Source: an uncultured Candidatus Saccharibacteria bacterium
GTDB taxonomy: Bacteria > Patescibacteriota > Saccharimonadia > Saccharimonadales > JAUPVS01
Assembly: GCA_964627095.1 (NCBI GenBank)
Contig: CAZVKH010000001.1
Coordinates: 8,451 to 72,450, forward strand
DNA length: 64,000 bases
Reading direction: 5' to 3'
In this document: positions 54,957 to 63,635 of the stretch, piece by piece
Layout of the letters: each line of letters begins with the position of its first letter
Numbering within the stretch: the first letter of the stretch is position 1
The notes under the pieces: generated by a model
Database searches by the model: none
What the model was told of the DNA's origin: nothing
What the model saw: only the letters and a program-made list of their open reading frames with translations
Position numbers and translations under genes: made by a program

Positions 54957-55034
54957 GCCGTTCGCCTTTCAGCTAGCTGGTCAACAGAGGCAAAACATGG
55001 TATATTCACTGCTGTCCATGTAACAAGTTTATAG

Positions 55035-55111
55035 GGCGGCGTAGCTCAGTTGGTTAGAGCACAGGACTCATAAGCCTGGGGTCACAAGTTCAAATCTTGT
55101 CGCCGCTACCA
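55035..55111 (+). tRNA. elongator tRNA-Met (CAT)
   Basis: Closely resembles E. coli metT (GTAGCTCAGTTGGTTAGAGCACA..ACTCATAA....GGGGTCACA.GTTC.AATC). Acceptor GGCGGCG/CGCCGCT. A31.G39 mismatch. Confidence 0.8.
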
Positions 55112-55167
55112 AACTTATTTGATATCGCTTGTGTTTAACCCCGTTTGGGGTAATAATAAACGGTATT

Positions 55168-55842
55168 ATGGATATGGATCTTAAACCCCCGACGCAGCCC
55201 AAATATCAGCTTAAGGAAACTCCGCCACCCGGCGCAACGCCACCTGAACCGCAGATGGACGACCCCTTTAAAGTTGATCCGCCACCACCCGAACTAACCG
55301 TACCTAAACCAAAGAAAAAACGCAGCGGCAAAGCTAAAAAGGCTTTGCTGGTTATTTTAGTATTGGCTCTGCTTGGTGCGGCCGGCTATGGTATTTACTA
55401 CTGGCAACACCAGCAAGTCGACAAACTAGCTAAAGAAAACCAGGCTCTAACCGCCCAACTAGCTGCCGCCAATAAAAAAGCTAGTGATGCCGAAGCCGAG
55501 AACGCCAAGCTTAGCGAAGCAGCCACCCCGCCAACGGCCGATACTTTGGTAATTACGGCTGCTACCGCCGATTGCCAGGCCGAGGTTGACCCAGCCACTA
55601 AGAAGGCTTTGGTATACACCCAAGGCACGCAAGGCACTGACAAAAAGAAAGTGCTGTATTCGACTGATAAGACCTTTGCCAAGGTTAGCGCTACCTGTGC
55701 TGCCACCGCTAACGCCACCGAGCCAGCCACGCTGTACTATGCTAAATTAGCCGGTACTACCTGGACGGTCATCTATGCTGACACCGCCGAGCCCGACGCC
55801 GACGTAACTGCTTTGTACGCCATCCCAACTGAATTCAAATAA
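55168..55842 (+). CDS. hypothetical bitopic protein (Pro-rich N-terminus, transmembrane helix, coiled coil, C-terminal domain)
   Basis: ORF from the ATG at 55168. KKKRSGKAKK then a transmembrane helix. No motif recognised. Confidence 0.5.
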   Translation: MDMDLKPPTQPKYQLKETPPPGATPPEPQMDDPFKVDPPPPELTVPKPKKKRSGKAKKALLVILVLALLGAAGYGIYYWQHQQVDKLAKENQALTAQLAAANKKASDAEAENAKLSEAATPPTADTLVITAATADCQAEVDPATKKALVYTQGTQGTDKKKVLYSTDKTFAKVSATCAATANATEPATLYYAKLAGTTWTVIYADTAEPDADVTALYAIPTEFK

Positions 55843-55843
55843 A

Positions 55844-55869
55844 AGAACCGGCCTCTGGAAGCCGGTTCT
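55844..55869. terminator. bidirectional terminator hairpin AGAACCGGC/GCCGGTTCT
   Basis: Perfect 9-bp stem between convergent genes, flanked by A-rich and T-rich runs. Confidence 0.5.
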
Positions 55870-55891
55870 TAATTTTACGTTAACTCTTTAA

Positions 55892-56296
55892 TTAAGAGTC
55901 TTCGCGTAGCTCGCCACCATGAACGATCAATGCGTAAAGCACCAATACGTCGATCAGGATGGCAGCGAGTGACCAGACTGGGTAGGCTGGAATAAACGCC
56001 ATGCTAGTCAGCAATGATACAGTTGTCACGATAACGGCAACGATGCGACCAAACAAGTGGCCCGAAAGTACCGAGAAACCAGCGAACAATAGAATCATCG
56101 CCAAAACTAGTTGACCCCAGCCCCAAGCTGTAAAGTTAAAGACTGCTAGGTGCTGTTCGGTAACAACGTAGAATGAACTACGAGTTAATGAAACGATGCC
56201 CAGGAATGCCTCGAAAAAGGCGCGCACGATCAGAAGTATACCGGCAAAGTATACCCAGCCGACCCATCCAGATGGTTGTGTTGTTGGTTTAGCCAT
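55892..56296 (-). CDS. four-helix membrane protein (DUF7144-like)
   Basis: GWVGWVYFAGILLI... plus three further helices. Confidence 0.5.
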   Translation of the reverse strand: MAKPTTQPSGWVGWVYFAGILLIVRAFFEAFLGIVSLTRSSFYVVTEQHLAVFNFTAWGWGQLVLAMILLFAGFSVLSGHLFGRIVAVIVTTVSLLTSMAFIPAYPVWSLAAILIDVLVLYALIVHGGELREDS

Positions 56297-56361
56297 AAAA
56301 GCCCTCCTTAGTTGATGATTAAATCATCTCGCTTACTGGAATTTTTGTCAAGGAAGTTGCC

Positions 56362-56676
56362 TTAACGCTTATGCTTTTCAGTATGAGATTCGGCACGGGC
56401 TTGCATTTTTTGACCACGCTTCTTTACAAAGGCGTTTATAAAGGCACCAAAAATAGCAATTCCTAGCAGAATGTAGATGGTCGTAAATAACTTACCGGCA
56501 TCGGTTTTGGGCGTAATGTCGCCATACCCAACAGTGGTTAGGGTGACGATGCAAAAATAGTAGGCATCGACCCAGCCCCACTTTTCGACAAAGTGATAGA
56601 AAGCCATGCCAACCCCCAACACTGCGAAAGTAATGGTTAGTAGTAGCCTGTACATATAGCGGTCAAGTGGGTTCAT
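56362..56676 (-). CDS. minimal two-TM potassium channel (104 aa)
   Basis: TM1, pore helix, selectivity filter TTVGYGD, then TM2. No cytoplasmic regulatory domain. Confidence 0.8.
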   Translation of the reverse strand: MNPLDRYMYRLLLTITFAVLGVGMAFYHFVEKWGWVDAYYFCIVTLTTVGYGDITPKTDAGKLFTTIYILLGIAIFGAFINAFVKKRGQKMQARAESHTEKHKR

Positions 56677-56691
56677 TGGTTTCTCCTGTAA

Positions 56692-57150
56692 TTATTTATC
56701 TGTCTGGCGATGTTGGAAAAAGTCCATCCAGGCTTGAAAGTTGCGCTGGAAAGTCGATACTACCACAGCTGGCTGAGCGGCCTTATTTTGCTCTTTGGAC
56801 ATATCAACAGTGTTGGCCAGCGCCACCCGCTTGGGCACCAAAACCAGTTTTTCATTAGGGGCGGCCTTGCCGAACTGGCGCCGGGCGGCTAGTTCCAGGA
56901 ATTGGTTGGTATTGTAGTACTGATTGGCTAGCTTTTGGTTATTATTCTGGAGATCCAGCACCTGGTTTTCTTGCTGTATAGCCGAGATTTGCTTTTGCAG
57001 GCCGTAGTTAGTCTGAATAGCCGAGATTGTACTCCAGCTTACTAACAGGGCAATGCCGGCAAAGATTAAAAGCCCCACCACGCGCACGTCTTGGAGTTGC
57101 TTAAAATAGGGATGGTTTTGGATATTTTTGATTTTACTGTTCATGAACAT
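56692..57150 (-). CDS. FtsB/DivIC-type septum formation initiator
   Basis: Single transmembrane helix, a coiled coil and the ...ELAARRQFG......E tail typical of the family. Confidence 0.65.
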   Translation of the reverse strand: MFMNSKIKNIQNHPYFKQLQDVRVVGLLIFAGIALLVSWSTISAIQTNYGLQKQISAIQQENQVLDLQNNNQKLANQYYNTNQFLELAARRQFGKAAPNEKLVLVPKRVALANTVDMSKEQNKAAQPAVVVSTFQRNFQAWMDFFQHRQTDK

Positions 57151-57211
57151 TTTTATTATACAATCCTTTGCCCAAAATCTGCTATACTCACTCTGTTAAT
57201 ACCACGACCAC

Positions 57212-57287
57212 GGGGGTGTAGCTCATCGGTCAGAGCAGGCGGCTCATAACCGCTTGGTAGATGGTTCAACTCCATCCACCCCCACCA
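57212..57287 (+). tRNA. tRNA with CAT anticodon, probably tRNA-Ile2 (lysidine substrate)
   Basis: Anticodon arm and variable region (GAGCAGGCGGCTCATAACCGCTTGGT) nearly match E. coli ileX (GAGCAGGCGACTCATAATCGCTTGGT). The cloverleaf is sound; the identity is inferred. Confidence 0.75.
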
Positions 57288-57291
57288 AATA

Positions 57292-57326
57292 TCATGCTTG
57301 AGCTTACACCGTTTAACCTCTATACT
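57292..57326 (+). promoter_or_regulatory. promoter TCATGCTTGAGC (-35 TTGAGC) N17 TATACT
   Basis: Read directly. Shares TCATGCTTG with the 12-mer promoters. Followed by a ~30-nt leader with GAGAGGG before the ATG at 57359. Confidence 0.5.
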
Positions 57327-57358
57327 AACTAGCAATAGGTAAAAGAGAGGGTTAACGC

Positions 57359-58408
57359 ATGGCTAGACTACCAGTTCCGGGCGGCGATACGGGTACATGG
57401 GGCACTGTACTCAATGACTTCTTAGGGGTAGCACATAATAGCGACGGCACGCTGAAGTCAATCACTTCGGCTACCGTGTCAGATTTTTCCGAAGCAGCCA
57501 TCGACGCTGCCGGTAGCGCCATGACAGCAGGTCCGGGCGTTTCTGTAACTGTCGACGATAACGCCAACACCATCACTGTTGGTAACGTCCGAACTACTAA
57601 TGTGCAAACTGCCAGCTACACACTGGCCTTAACCGATGCATTTAAGACCGTCCAGTTTGATGCTGCCGGTAATGTTTTCCCTACTCTTACCATCCCGACC
57701 AACGACGTTATACCATTTGCAATTGGAACGGTAGTTTATGTCACTCACTTAGCTACCGCCCGCTATACCACTGTAGCCGCTTCTGGAGGTGTTACACTGC
57801 AAGCTCCTAGCGGTCTTTCGGTTGGGCCAAAGCAAACCCTAACTCTGCAAAAAACCGCCAGCGATACCTGGATTGTTACCAGCGCCATCAGTGCCAGTGA
57901 CCCAGGCGTACTTCACGAAGTTGGCGCCTTGCCACCGGGTTACTCGCATCTTGGTACAGTTTCAACACTTAGCCTAAATGGTCAGATTTGGGTTCCTTTC
58001 GAAATCCAGTCGCCAATGGCGATGCCGGCAATAGTCATAAGGGTCACCACTGCCGTACCCGGATCACAGTTTAACCTGAGTATCTATCAGTGTGATACTT
58101 CTTGGACGGCTGCCTCATTTATTGGCACCATAATCAACCAGACGGCTGTTACCGGACTAAATACTATTACCCCACCGGCCACTACACTGCCACCAGGGCG
58201 TTATAGTATAAAGCTACGTTATTCTGACCTTTCGGCTATCGATATCCGAGCCATTAACTGTGCTCCGCCTTTCGTGGATCCCAGCATTGGTGCCACCGCT
58301 GGTGTCCAAAAACTAACCGGCTCATCTGGTAGTAACGACTGGACCGCTGCCACCTTAGCGACCGGAGGCTTTCAGCTCCCTTTCTTCTTCAGCCAACGGG
58401 CTCTGTAG
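57359..58408 (+). CDS. hypothetical protein with phage tail-fibre-like N-terminus
   Basis: MARLPVPGGDTGTWGTVLNDFLGVAHNSDGTLK resembles the N-terminal motif I recall from actinophage minor-tail/fibre proteins. The rest is beta-rich and Thr/Ala/Gly-rich. Confidence 0.45.
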   Translation: MARLPVPGGDTGTWGTVLNDFLGVAHNSDGTLKSITSATVSDFSEAAIDAAGSAMTAGPGVSVTVDDNANTITVGNVRTTNVQTASYTLALTDAFKTVQFDAAGNVFPTLTIPTNDVIPFAIGTVVYVTHLATARYTTVAASGGVTLQAPSGLSVGPKQTLTLQKTASDTWIVTSAISASDPGVLHEVGALPPGYSHLGTVSTLSLNGQIWVPFEIQSPMAMPAIVIRVTTAVPGSQFNLSIYQCDTSWTAASFIGTIINQTAVTGLNTITPPATTLPPGRYSIKLRYSDLSAIDIRAINCAPPFVDPSIGATAGVQKLTGSSGSNDWTAATLATGGFQLPFFFSQRAL

Positions 58409-58443
58409 CACCTCCGGCGGACACACCGCCAGATGTTCCATCA

Positions 58444-59388
58444 ATGCAGCTCGTTGGCTCGAATCCATTCGCGCTTACGCAACCTTCGGGTGCGCGTGGT
58501 CTTCATACGCTTATGCCGTTTGGCAGTAAGCTTTACGCCGGTTTTGGTGACTGGATTTCGAATACCGGTCCGGTTGAAATCACTTCTTGGAATGGCTCAT
58601 CTTGGACTAGCGAATTTACTGCCAAAACGGAAAGTATAGTTCGCTACCGAGTTTTGAACGGTAAGCTGTTTGTACCTTATATCGACCCACGCACCAGTTA
58701 TCACAACGACTTTGCCGTTCTGGAATCTGGTGGCTGGACCGAATATCGAACTGGATCAGGGCCAAACGAAGCCACCTTACACACCTTTGATATGACATAC
58801 TTTGGCGGTCAATACTGGGGGGCCGGTGCCGCCACCGATGACAATAAGGCGTCGGTTTACCGCAGCGCCGACTATACATCCGGTGGATCCTGGACTCGTT
58901 CCAACTTTGGCACACCGAACGGCGAAGATCGTATCTATACTATCTGGCAAGCCGATGGCAATTTGTACTGCCGCTTCTCGACCGGGCCTGGTGTCGTTTT
59001 CTTATGGAATGGCTCGGCGTGGGTAGACTCCGGCCTATCCAACACCAACGCACCCGGCTGGAACACCGAAACTTTTGGTACCAAAACTGCCTACACCAAT
59101 GCCTTTAACGGCGGTAGTGCCGACAAAGTCCGCACCTTCGACAGCACTAATGGCGTCCAAACCTGGGATAACGCCGGCAACACCTATGCGCTGTGTGTCA
59201 GTGGTAGTTACGTATACGCCCTGGCCGACGCCGGTACGGCCTTTAAGCAAGTTCTCCGCTCCACCGACCTCGTAACTTGGACACCAATCGCCCTGCCACC
59301 GTCTGACTGCGAAAGCATAGCTATTTGGAATAATACCGTCTACGTTGGTACCACTAGCGGCGCGCTATACAACTATGCGCTTAGTTAG
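58444..59388 (+). CDS. beta-propeller-like protein with degenerate Asp-box (BNR) repeats
   Basis: Recurrent Trp-containing blades: STDLVTW, STNGVQTW, SGGSWTRS, NGSAWVDSG. Confidence 0.45.
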   Translation: MQLVGSNPFALTQPSGARGLHTLMPFGSKLYAGFGDWISNTGPVEITSWNGSSWTSEFTAKTESIVRYRVLNGKLFVPYIDPRTSYHNDFAVLESGGWTEYRTGSGPNEATLHTFDMTYFGGQYWGAGAATDDNKASVYRSADYTSGGSWTRSNFGTPNGEDRIYTIWQADGNLYCRFSTGPGVVFLWNGSAWVDSGLSNTNAPGWNTETFGTKTAYTNAFNGGSADKVRTFDSTNGVQTWDNAGNTYALCVSGSYVYALADAGTAFKQVLRSTDLVTWTPIALPPSDCESIAIWNNTVYVGTTSGALYNYALS

Positions 59389-59950
59389 CTCGGGCTTTTT
59401 GCAAGACCTTGGCCCACCACACCAAGTTGTCCATCAGCTTCTCAGGGCTAGAGCCTCGCAAATTTCCTTCGCTAAAGTTGCCTTCTTCGTCAAAAGCACC
59501 CCAAACGTCAATCACCTTGACTGAAGTACCTAGTAGCGGCACCATCCCAATTTGGGCAACCACCGGCACAAGATGCTCTAGTGTAGCCGAGCCACCTAGG
59601 GCACCGTAGCCAACAAAGGCCACCGGCTTACGGGCCCACTCGTTATACAAGTAATCTATAGCGTTCTTTAGGCTGGCTGGATAGCCATGGTTATACTCGG
59701 GTGTAACAAAAACATAGCCATCGAATGAATCAATAAGTTTTGACCACTTCTTGGTATGCTCTCTTTGATATTGTTGCATCGAAGCCAAATTTGATTCATC
59801 TAGAAATGGCAGATTAACATCAGCCAGGTCGATTAGCGTAAACTTAACATCCGGCGTGTCAGAAACTTGATCAACAAACCAGTCGGCAATTTTACGACCG
59901 ACACGGGAAGGGCGGGTAGAGCCAACGATAACGGCAATTTTTAAAGTCAT
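59381..59950 (-). CDS. NADPH-dependent FMN reductase family protein
   Basis: IAVIVGSTRPSRVGRKIADW and TPEYNHGYP motifs. Confidence 0.8.
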   Translation of the reverse strand: MTLKIAVIVGSTRPSRVGRKIADWFVDQVSDTPDVKFTLIDLADVNLPFLDESNLASMQQYQREHTKKWSKLIDSFDGYVFVTPEYNHGYPASLKNAIDYLYNEWARKPVAFVGYGALGGSATLEHLVPVVAQIGMVPLLGTSVKVIDVWGAFDEEGNFSEGNLRGSSPEKLMDNLVWWAKVLQKARAN

Positions 59951-60046
59951 GGGTGTGTAACCTTTCGTTAATTTTCTATATCGCTATAAATTGTATAGTA
60001 ACTTACTATACTTTGTAAAGCCTGAAGTGTGCGTTATACTGCTAGC

Positions 60047-60379
60047 ATGAATCCTGCCATCGAAAAACATCCTGGCTGTATCGAAAATACTTTAACCATC
60101 CTCGGCGACAAATGGACTGCCTTAATTGTGCGTGACCTCTCTTCTGCCAAAGCCCGCTTTGGTGACCTCGAGACCTCTTTGGCTGGTATCAGCCCGCGTA
60201 CCCTGAGCCAACGCCTCGACAAACTAGAAAAAGAAGGCATTGTAATTAGACGCCTCTACTGCGAGCGACCACCACGTTACACCTACGAACTAACTAGTAA
60301 GGGGCTGGAACTTCAAGAAATTCTAGTCAAGATGTCCGAGTGGGGTGACCGCCATAACTGCCAAAAGGGTATCGCGTAG
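60047..60379 (+). CDS. HxlR-family transcription regulator
   Basis: C.IE..L.ILGDKWT.LI.RDL and RF.DL......IS.R.LSQRL..LE..G.V.R. TATACT lies 6 nt upstream of the ATG at 60047. Confidence 0.8.
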   Translation: MNPAIEKHPGCIENTLTILGDKWTALIVRDLSSAKARFGDLETSLAGISPRTLSQRLDKLEKEGIVIRRLYCERPPRYTYELTSKGLELQEILVKMSEWGDRHNCQKGIA

Positions 60380-61291
60380 CTCGTCAACATTGTTAGCGGC
60401 CATAAAACGCTCGCGGAGTTCTTTGGCGCCATCAAAGCCGTTAATATAAACCTTACAGAATTTGTTAAGGGTATGAACTTTTCTTTCATTATTTTGCCAG
60501 GTTTGGGCGAACAGCTCGATATGGCGCTGGAACAACTCCATCTTTTGCTGCTTGGTCATGTCTACCCACGGACTTTGCTGAGCAAACACATAGGGGTCTT
60601 CAAAAATACCACGGCCGATCATAATTCCATCCAGCTTATACTCCTCTGCCTTTGCCAAGGCCTCTTGGCGCGTTAGCACATCGCCATTACCAACTAGTAA
60701 GGTGGCGGGGGAGAGCTGGTCACGCAACTCGCGGATCTGGTTGATAACATCCCAGTGAACCGGCACCTTAGACATTTCTTTAGTGGTCCGACCATGTATA
60801 GTTAACATGTTAAGTTTTAAGCTTAGCAGAAATTCTGGCCAGGTAATGTCGACTTCATTAAAGCCAATCCGGGTTTTTACCGAAACGGGGAAGTCTTCCC
60901 CGGCGGCTTTTTGGACAGCCCGGATGATCTCCCCTGCCGCTTCCCTGTTATTAATTAAGGCGCTGCAGCAGCCATTCTTAACGACAGTCTTGTCGGGACA
61001 CCCCATATTTATGTCCACCCCAGCAAAGCCCATTTCTTTAAGTTCCAGAGTAGTTTTGTAATAATTATCGGGGTTTTTACCCCATAACTGGGCAATAATT
61101 GGCGTTTCTTGGGCAGTAAACTGCAACTTGGGGAGTAGCTTTTCCCGACCCGGACTTTGCAAGCCATCGACGTTAACAAACTCGGTAAAATAGAGGTCGG
61201 GTGGAGCGGTACTAGCCACTACCTGACGGAACACGCTGTCGGTGACATCGTCCATGGGGGCTAAAACTAGGAAGGGCTGCGGTAACTGCAT
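60323..61291 (-). CDS. dus: tRNA-dihydrouridine synthase
   Basis: LAPMDDVTD, DINMGCP and HGRT motifs. Confidence 0.85.
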   Translation of the reverse strand: MQLPQPFLVLAPMDDVTDSVFRQVVASTAPPDLYFTEFVNVDGLQSPGREKLLPKLQFTAQETPIIAQLWGKNPDNYYKTTLELKEMGFAGVDINMGCPDKTVVKNGCCSALINNREAAGEIIRAVQKAAGEDFPVSVKTRIGFNEVDITWPEFLLSLKLNMLTIHGRTTKEMSKVPVHWDVINQIRELRDQLSPATLLVGNGDVLTRQEALAKAEEYKLDGIMIGRGIFEDPYVFAQQSPWVDMTKQQKMELFQRHIELFAQTWQNNERKVHTLNKFCKVYINGFDGAKELRERFMAANNVDELRDTLLAVMAVTPLGHLD

Positions 61292-61300
61292 CGCTCTAGT

Positions 61301-62098
61301 TTATTGGTACTTACGTAGTTCTTGCAACACATTACTTTGCGATGTCCGCAACAGACTGTCGCGGCGCTGGGCATACTCTAAGGTATGCTCAGTGTATCTC
61401 AACCAGTGTCGTGTTCGCTGATTGCCGTCACCATGCAAACCAAATAAAACGACCGTTAAGGCTCTTTTGGCCATAACGTGTTCATCAACCGACCAGCCCA
61501 GCCGTTTACCAGCTACTCCAATCATATTGCCAATAGTGTCTTTGGTTTGCACTACTTTAGGGTATAGTTTATCGGCGCGATAATGGGCCCGACCGCCACT
61601 TCTAGCCTCTTTGGCGACAACTCGAACACAATCGACTTCGGCCTGTATGGCCGCTCGGCGATCTTCTAGTTTAACGACACGACCTTCAAGCCCTTCCCTA
61701 GCCTTACGCTTCTTAACGGCTTCAACAAGATGTGGGCGATTCTGATACTCACTTTCGGCGCGAGCCCTAATTCGCTTGGCCAGCATGACTGGACTACTAA
61801 CAATCGCCTTGTAGTCATCGGCCGGGAAAACCAATCCGCGCCAAGCGTTATCGACATCATCATCATGGGCATTGCCGGTATACAAAGCTAAGCGAATGTC
61901 TACCGGATCAATTATTGCCAAGTCCTCGACAGCCGTTGCCCCCATGGCTTGGCGACTAGTTTCGGTATCGCTTAAAACATTCAACAGATGACTGAACGTA
62001 ACTGGCTGTTCCCAGTCAATTCCTAACTCATGCCTTGGCTGGGTGCCTTCGAATGGAAGTGGTCCCTGCCCCACCCCGGGATGTGTTGCTTGTGCCAT
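61301..62098 (-). CDS. hypothetical protein (265 aa)
   Basis: ORF in an operon-like array. No motif recognised. Confidence 0.5.
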   Translation of the reverse strand: MAQATHPGVGQGPLPFEGTQPRHELGIDWEQPVTFSHLLNVLSDTETSRQAMGATAVEDLAIIDPVDIRLALYTGNAHDDDVDNAWRGLVFPADDYKAIVSSPVMLAKRIRARAESEYQNRPHLVEAVKKRKAREGLEGRVVKLEDRRAAIQAEVDCVRVVAKEARSGGRAHYRADKLYPKVVQTKDTIGNMIGVAGKRLGWSVDEHVMAKRALTVVLFGLHGDGNQRTRHWLRYTEHTLEYAQRRDSLLRTSQSNVLQELRKYQ

Positions 62099-62103
62099 CG
62101 CTA

Positions 62104-62472
62104 TTAACCAAGCAGCCTTCGGGCGGCTGCTACACCAGCTCTGCCAATATCAATTTCGTCTTTACCGGGACGCATATAAGCATCATGCCCGATTGGTTTA
62201 GGTGGTCCTTTTACCATGTCTTCAGGTCCAAGTTGATCGGATGTTTTTGCAGGTTTGGGTTCTGCCGTATCAACACGAGCAACTGGAGCCTGCTCAGCAG
62301 CCAAATCTTCGTCACGACTAGCGACTATACCAGCCGCTCGGGCAGCTTGTTCGCGATATGGGTCTTTAAACTCTGGCTGTTCGGTAGGTGGCGTTGTATC
62401 TGCAGACATTCCAGAGGGCGCTTCGGACGGAGCTTGAGGAGTGGGATCAAACAATGACGGCTGATCGTTCAT
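62104..62472 (-). CDS. hypothetical acidic, Pro-rich protein (122 aa)
   Basis: ORF 5 nt upstream of the 265-aa gene. Low complexity except for the C-terminal ...GKDEIDIGRAGVAAARRLLG. Confidence 0.45.
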   Translation of the reverse strand: MNDQPSLFDPTPQAPSEAPSGMSADTTPPTEQPEFKDPYREQAARAAGIVASRDEDLAAEQAPVARVDTAEPKPAKTSDQLGPEDMVKGPPKPIGHDAYMRPGKDEIDIGRAGVAAARRLLG

Positions 62473-62520
62473 ACGCCAAATATACCATGTGTGTGTAATT
62501 TTTACAATTATGCGGTGGGG

Positions 62521-63633
62521 TTATTCCCAGCGGAAAATGCGGAAGGCAATGAAGTATATAATTACCGTCCAAGCTGCCATCAAGCCAAGTTGTGGTCCTA
62601 GCTCTAACAAAGTCTTGCCTTCGGTGGCGATTAAACGAATGCCCTCGATAACCGGTGTTAGCGGCAAGAATGACGACACCGTTTGCAGCCACTCGGGCAT
62701 TAAGAAGCGCGGGAAAAACGTGCCCGACAAAAATAACATCGGAAACACCACAATGTTAGACAGTGGTGCGGCCTGCTGCTCGTTCTTGGCCCAACCACCC
62801 AGCGCCAGGCCAATGCCTAAAATCATGGCAATACTAAATACTAAAAACAGGGCCAAAGCCAAGTAGTTGCCAACCACATTAAGATCAAATACGACTATGG
62901 CGACAATAAACATCAGCGCCATGGTCATCATGCCAACCACGCTTTGCGAAACAACGTTAGCTAAAAAGTACTGCCAAACCCGTAGCGGCGTGGTGTGCAA
63001 GCGGCGCAGTACGCCCTGCTTTTTAAGCTCCGGAAAAACGTTAACTGGGCCAAATATGCCAATACCGATAATCGAAAAGCCTAGTAAGCCAGCAAAAGTG
63101 TAATCGAATTGGCTGAGCGCTTGTTCATTAATCTGCTCGGCCTTAACTGTGAAAGGTGTTGGGGCTTTGACAAACTGGCTATTCAAGCCCTGGAATTGGG
63201 ATTGCAGAATAGACGTTAGGGCTTGGCTGGCTTGTAGGTTGTTTTGGGTATAGTAGACCACGGCCTGGCCGCTTGGTAGCTCACCACTTTGCTGCCCAAA
63301 ACTAGAAGGCAAAATTATGGTGGCGTCTAACTGGCCGCGTGTCATCTTTTCTTTGGCGCCGTCCAGCGAAGTTACATCAGTGCTGACTTTGTAAATCTGG
63401 GCCTTGCCAATCTGTTCGGTGAGCTGCTTAGCGTAGGGCGAGTCGGACTGATTTATAACCGCCACTTTAAACGAAGTGTCGTTGTTTTTGCCAAAGATTC
63501 CGCCAAAAACAAACAAGAATATCAACGGGAATGCAAAGATGAAAAACAGCGAGGTTTTATCACGAAAAGCCCGCCGAATCGCCACCTTAGCAAAGACTTT
63601 AACAGGCAGCAACGACTGTTTCAGGTTGCTCAT
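62521..63633 (-). CDS. ABC-2-type transporter permease
   Basis: One N-terminal transmembrane helix, a large loop, then five C-terminal helices. Adjacent to the ABC ATPase. Confidence 0.8.
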   Translation of the reverse strand: MSNLKQSLLPVKVFAKVAIRRAFRDKTSLFFIFAFPLIFLFVFGGIFGKNNDTSFKVAVINQSDSPYAKQLTEQIGKAQIYKVSTDVTSLDGAKEKMTRGQLDATIILPSSFGQQSGELPSGQAVVYYTQNNLQASQALTSILQSQFQGLNSQFVKAPTPFTVKAEQINEQALSQFDYTFAGLLGFSIIGIGIFGPVNVFPELKKQGVLRRLHTTPLRVWQYFLANVVSQSVVGMMTMALMFIVAIVVFDLNVVGNYLALALFLVFSIAMILGIGLALGGWAKNEQQAAPLSNIVVFPMLFLSGTFFPRFLMPEWLQTVSSFLPLTPVIEGIRLIATEGKTLLELGPQLGLMAAWTVIIYFIAFRIFRWE

Positions 63634-63635
63634 GG

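Noticed and set aside
57212-59388. Calling the tRNA-Ile2-adjacent pair a prophage remnant or genomic island (mobile element)
   Set aside because: No integrase, no direct repeat of the tRNA 3' end and no other phage genes are visible. It is kept only as a hypothesis in the findings.
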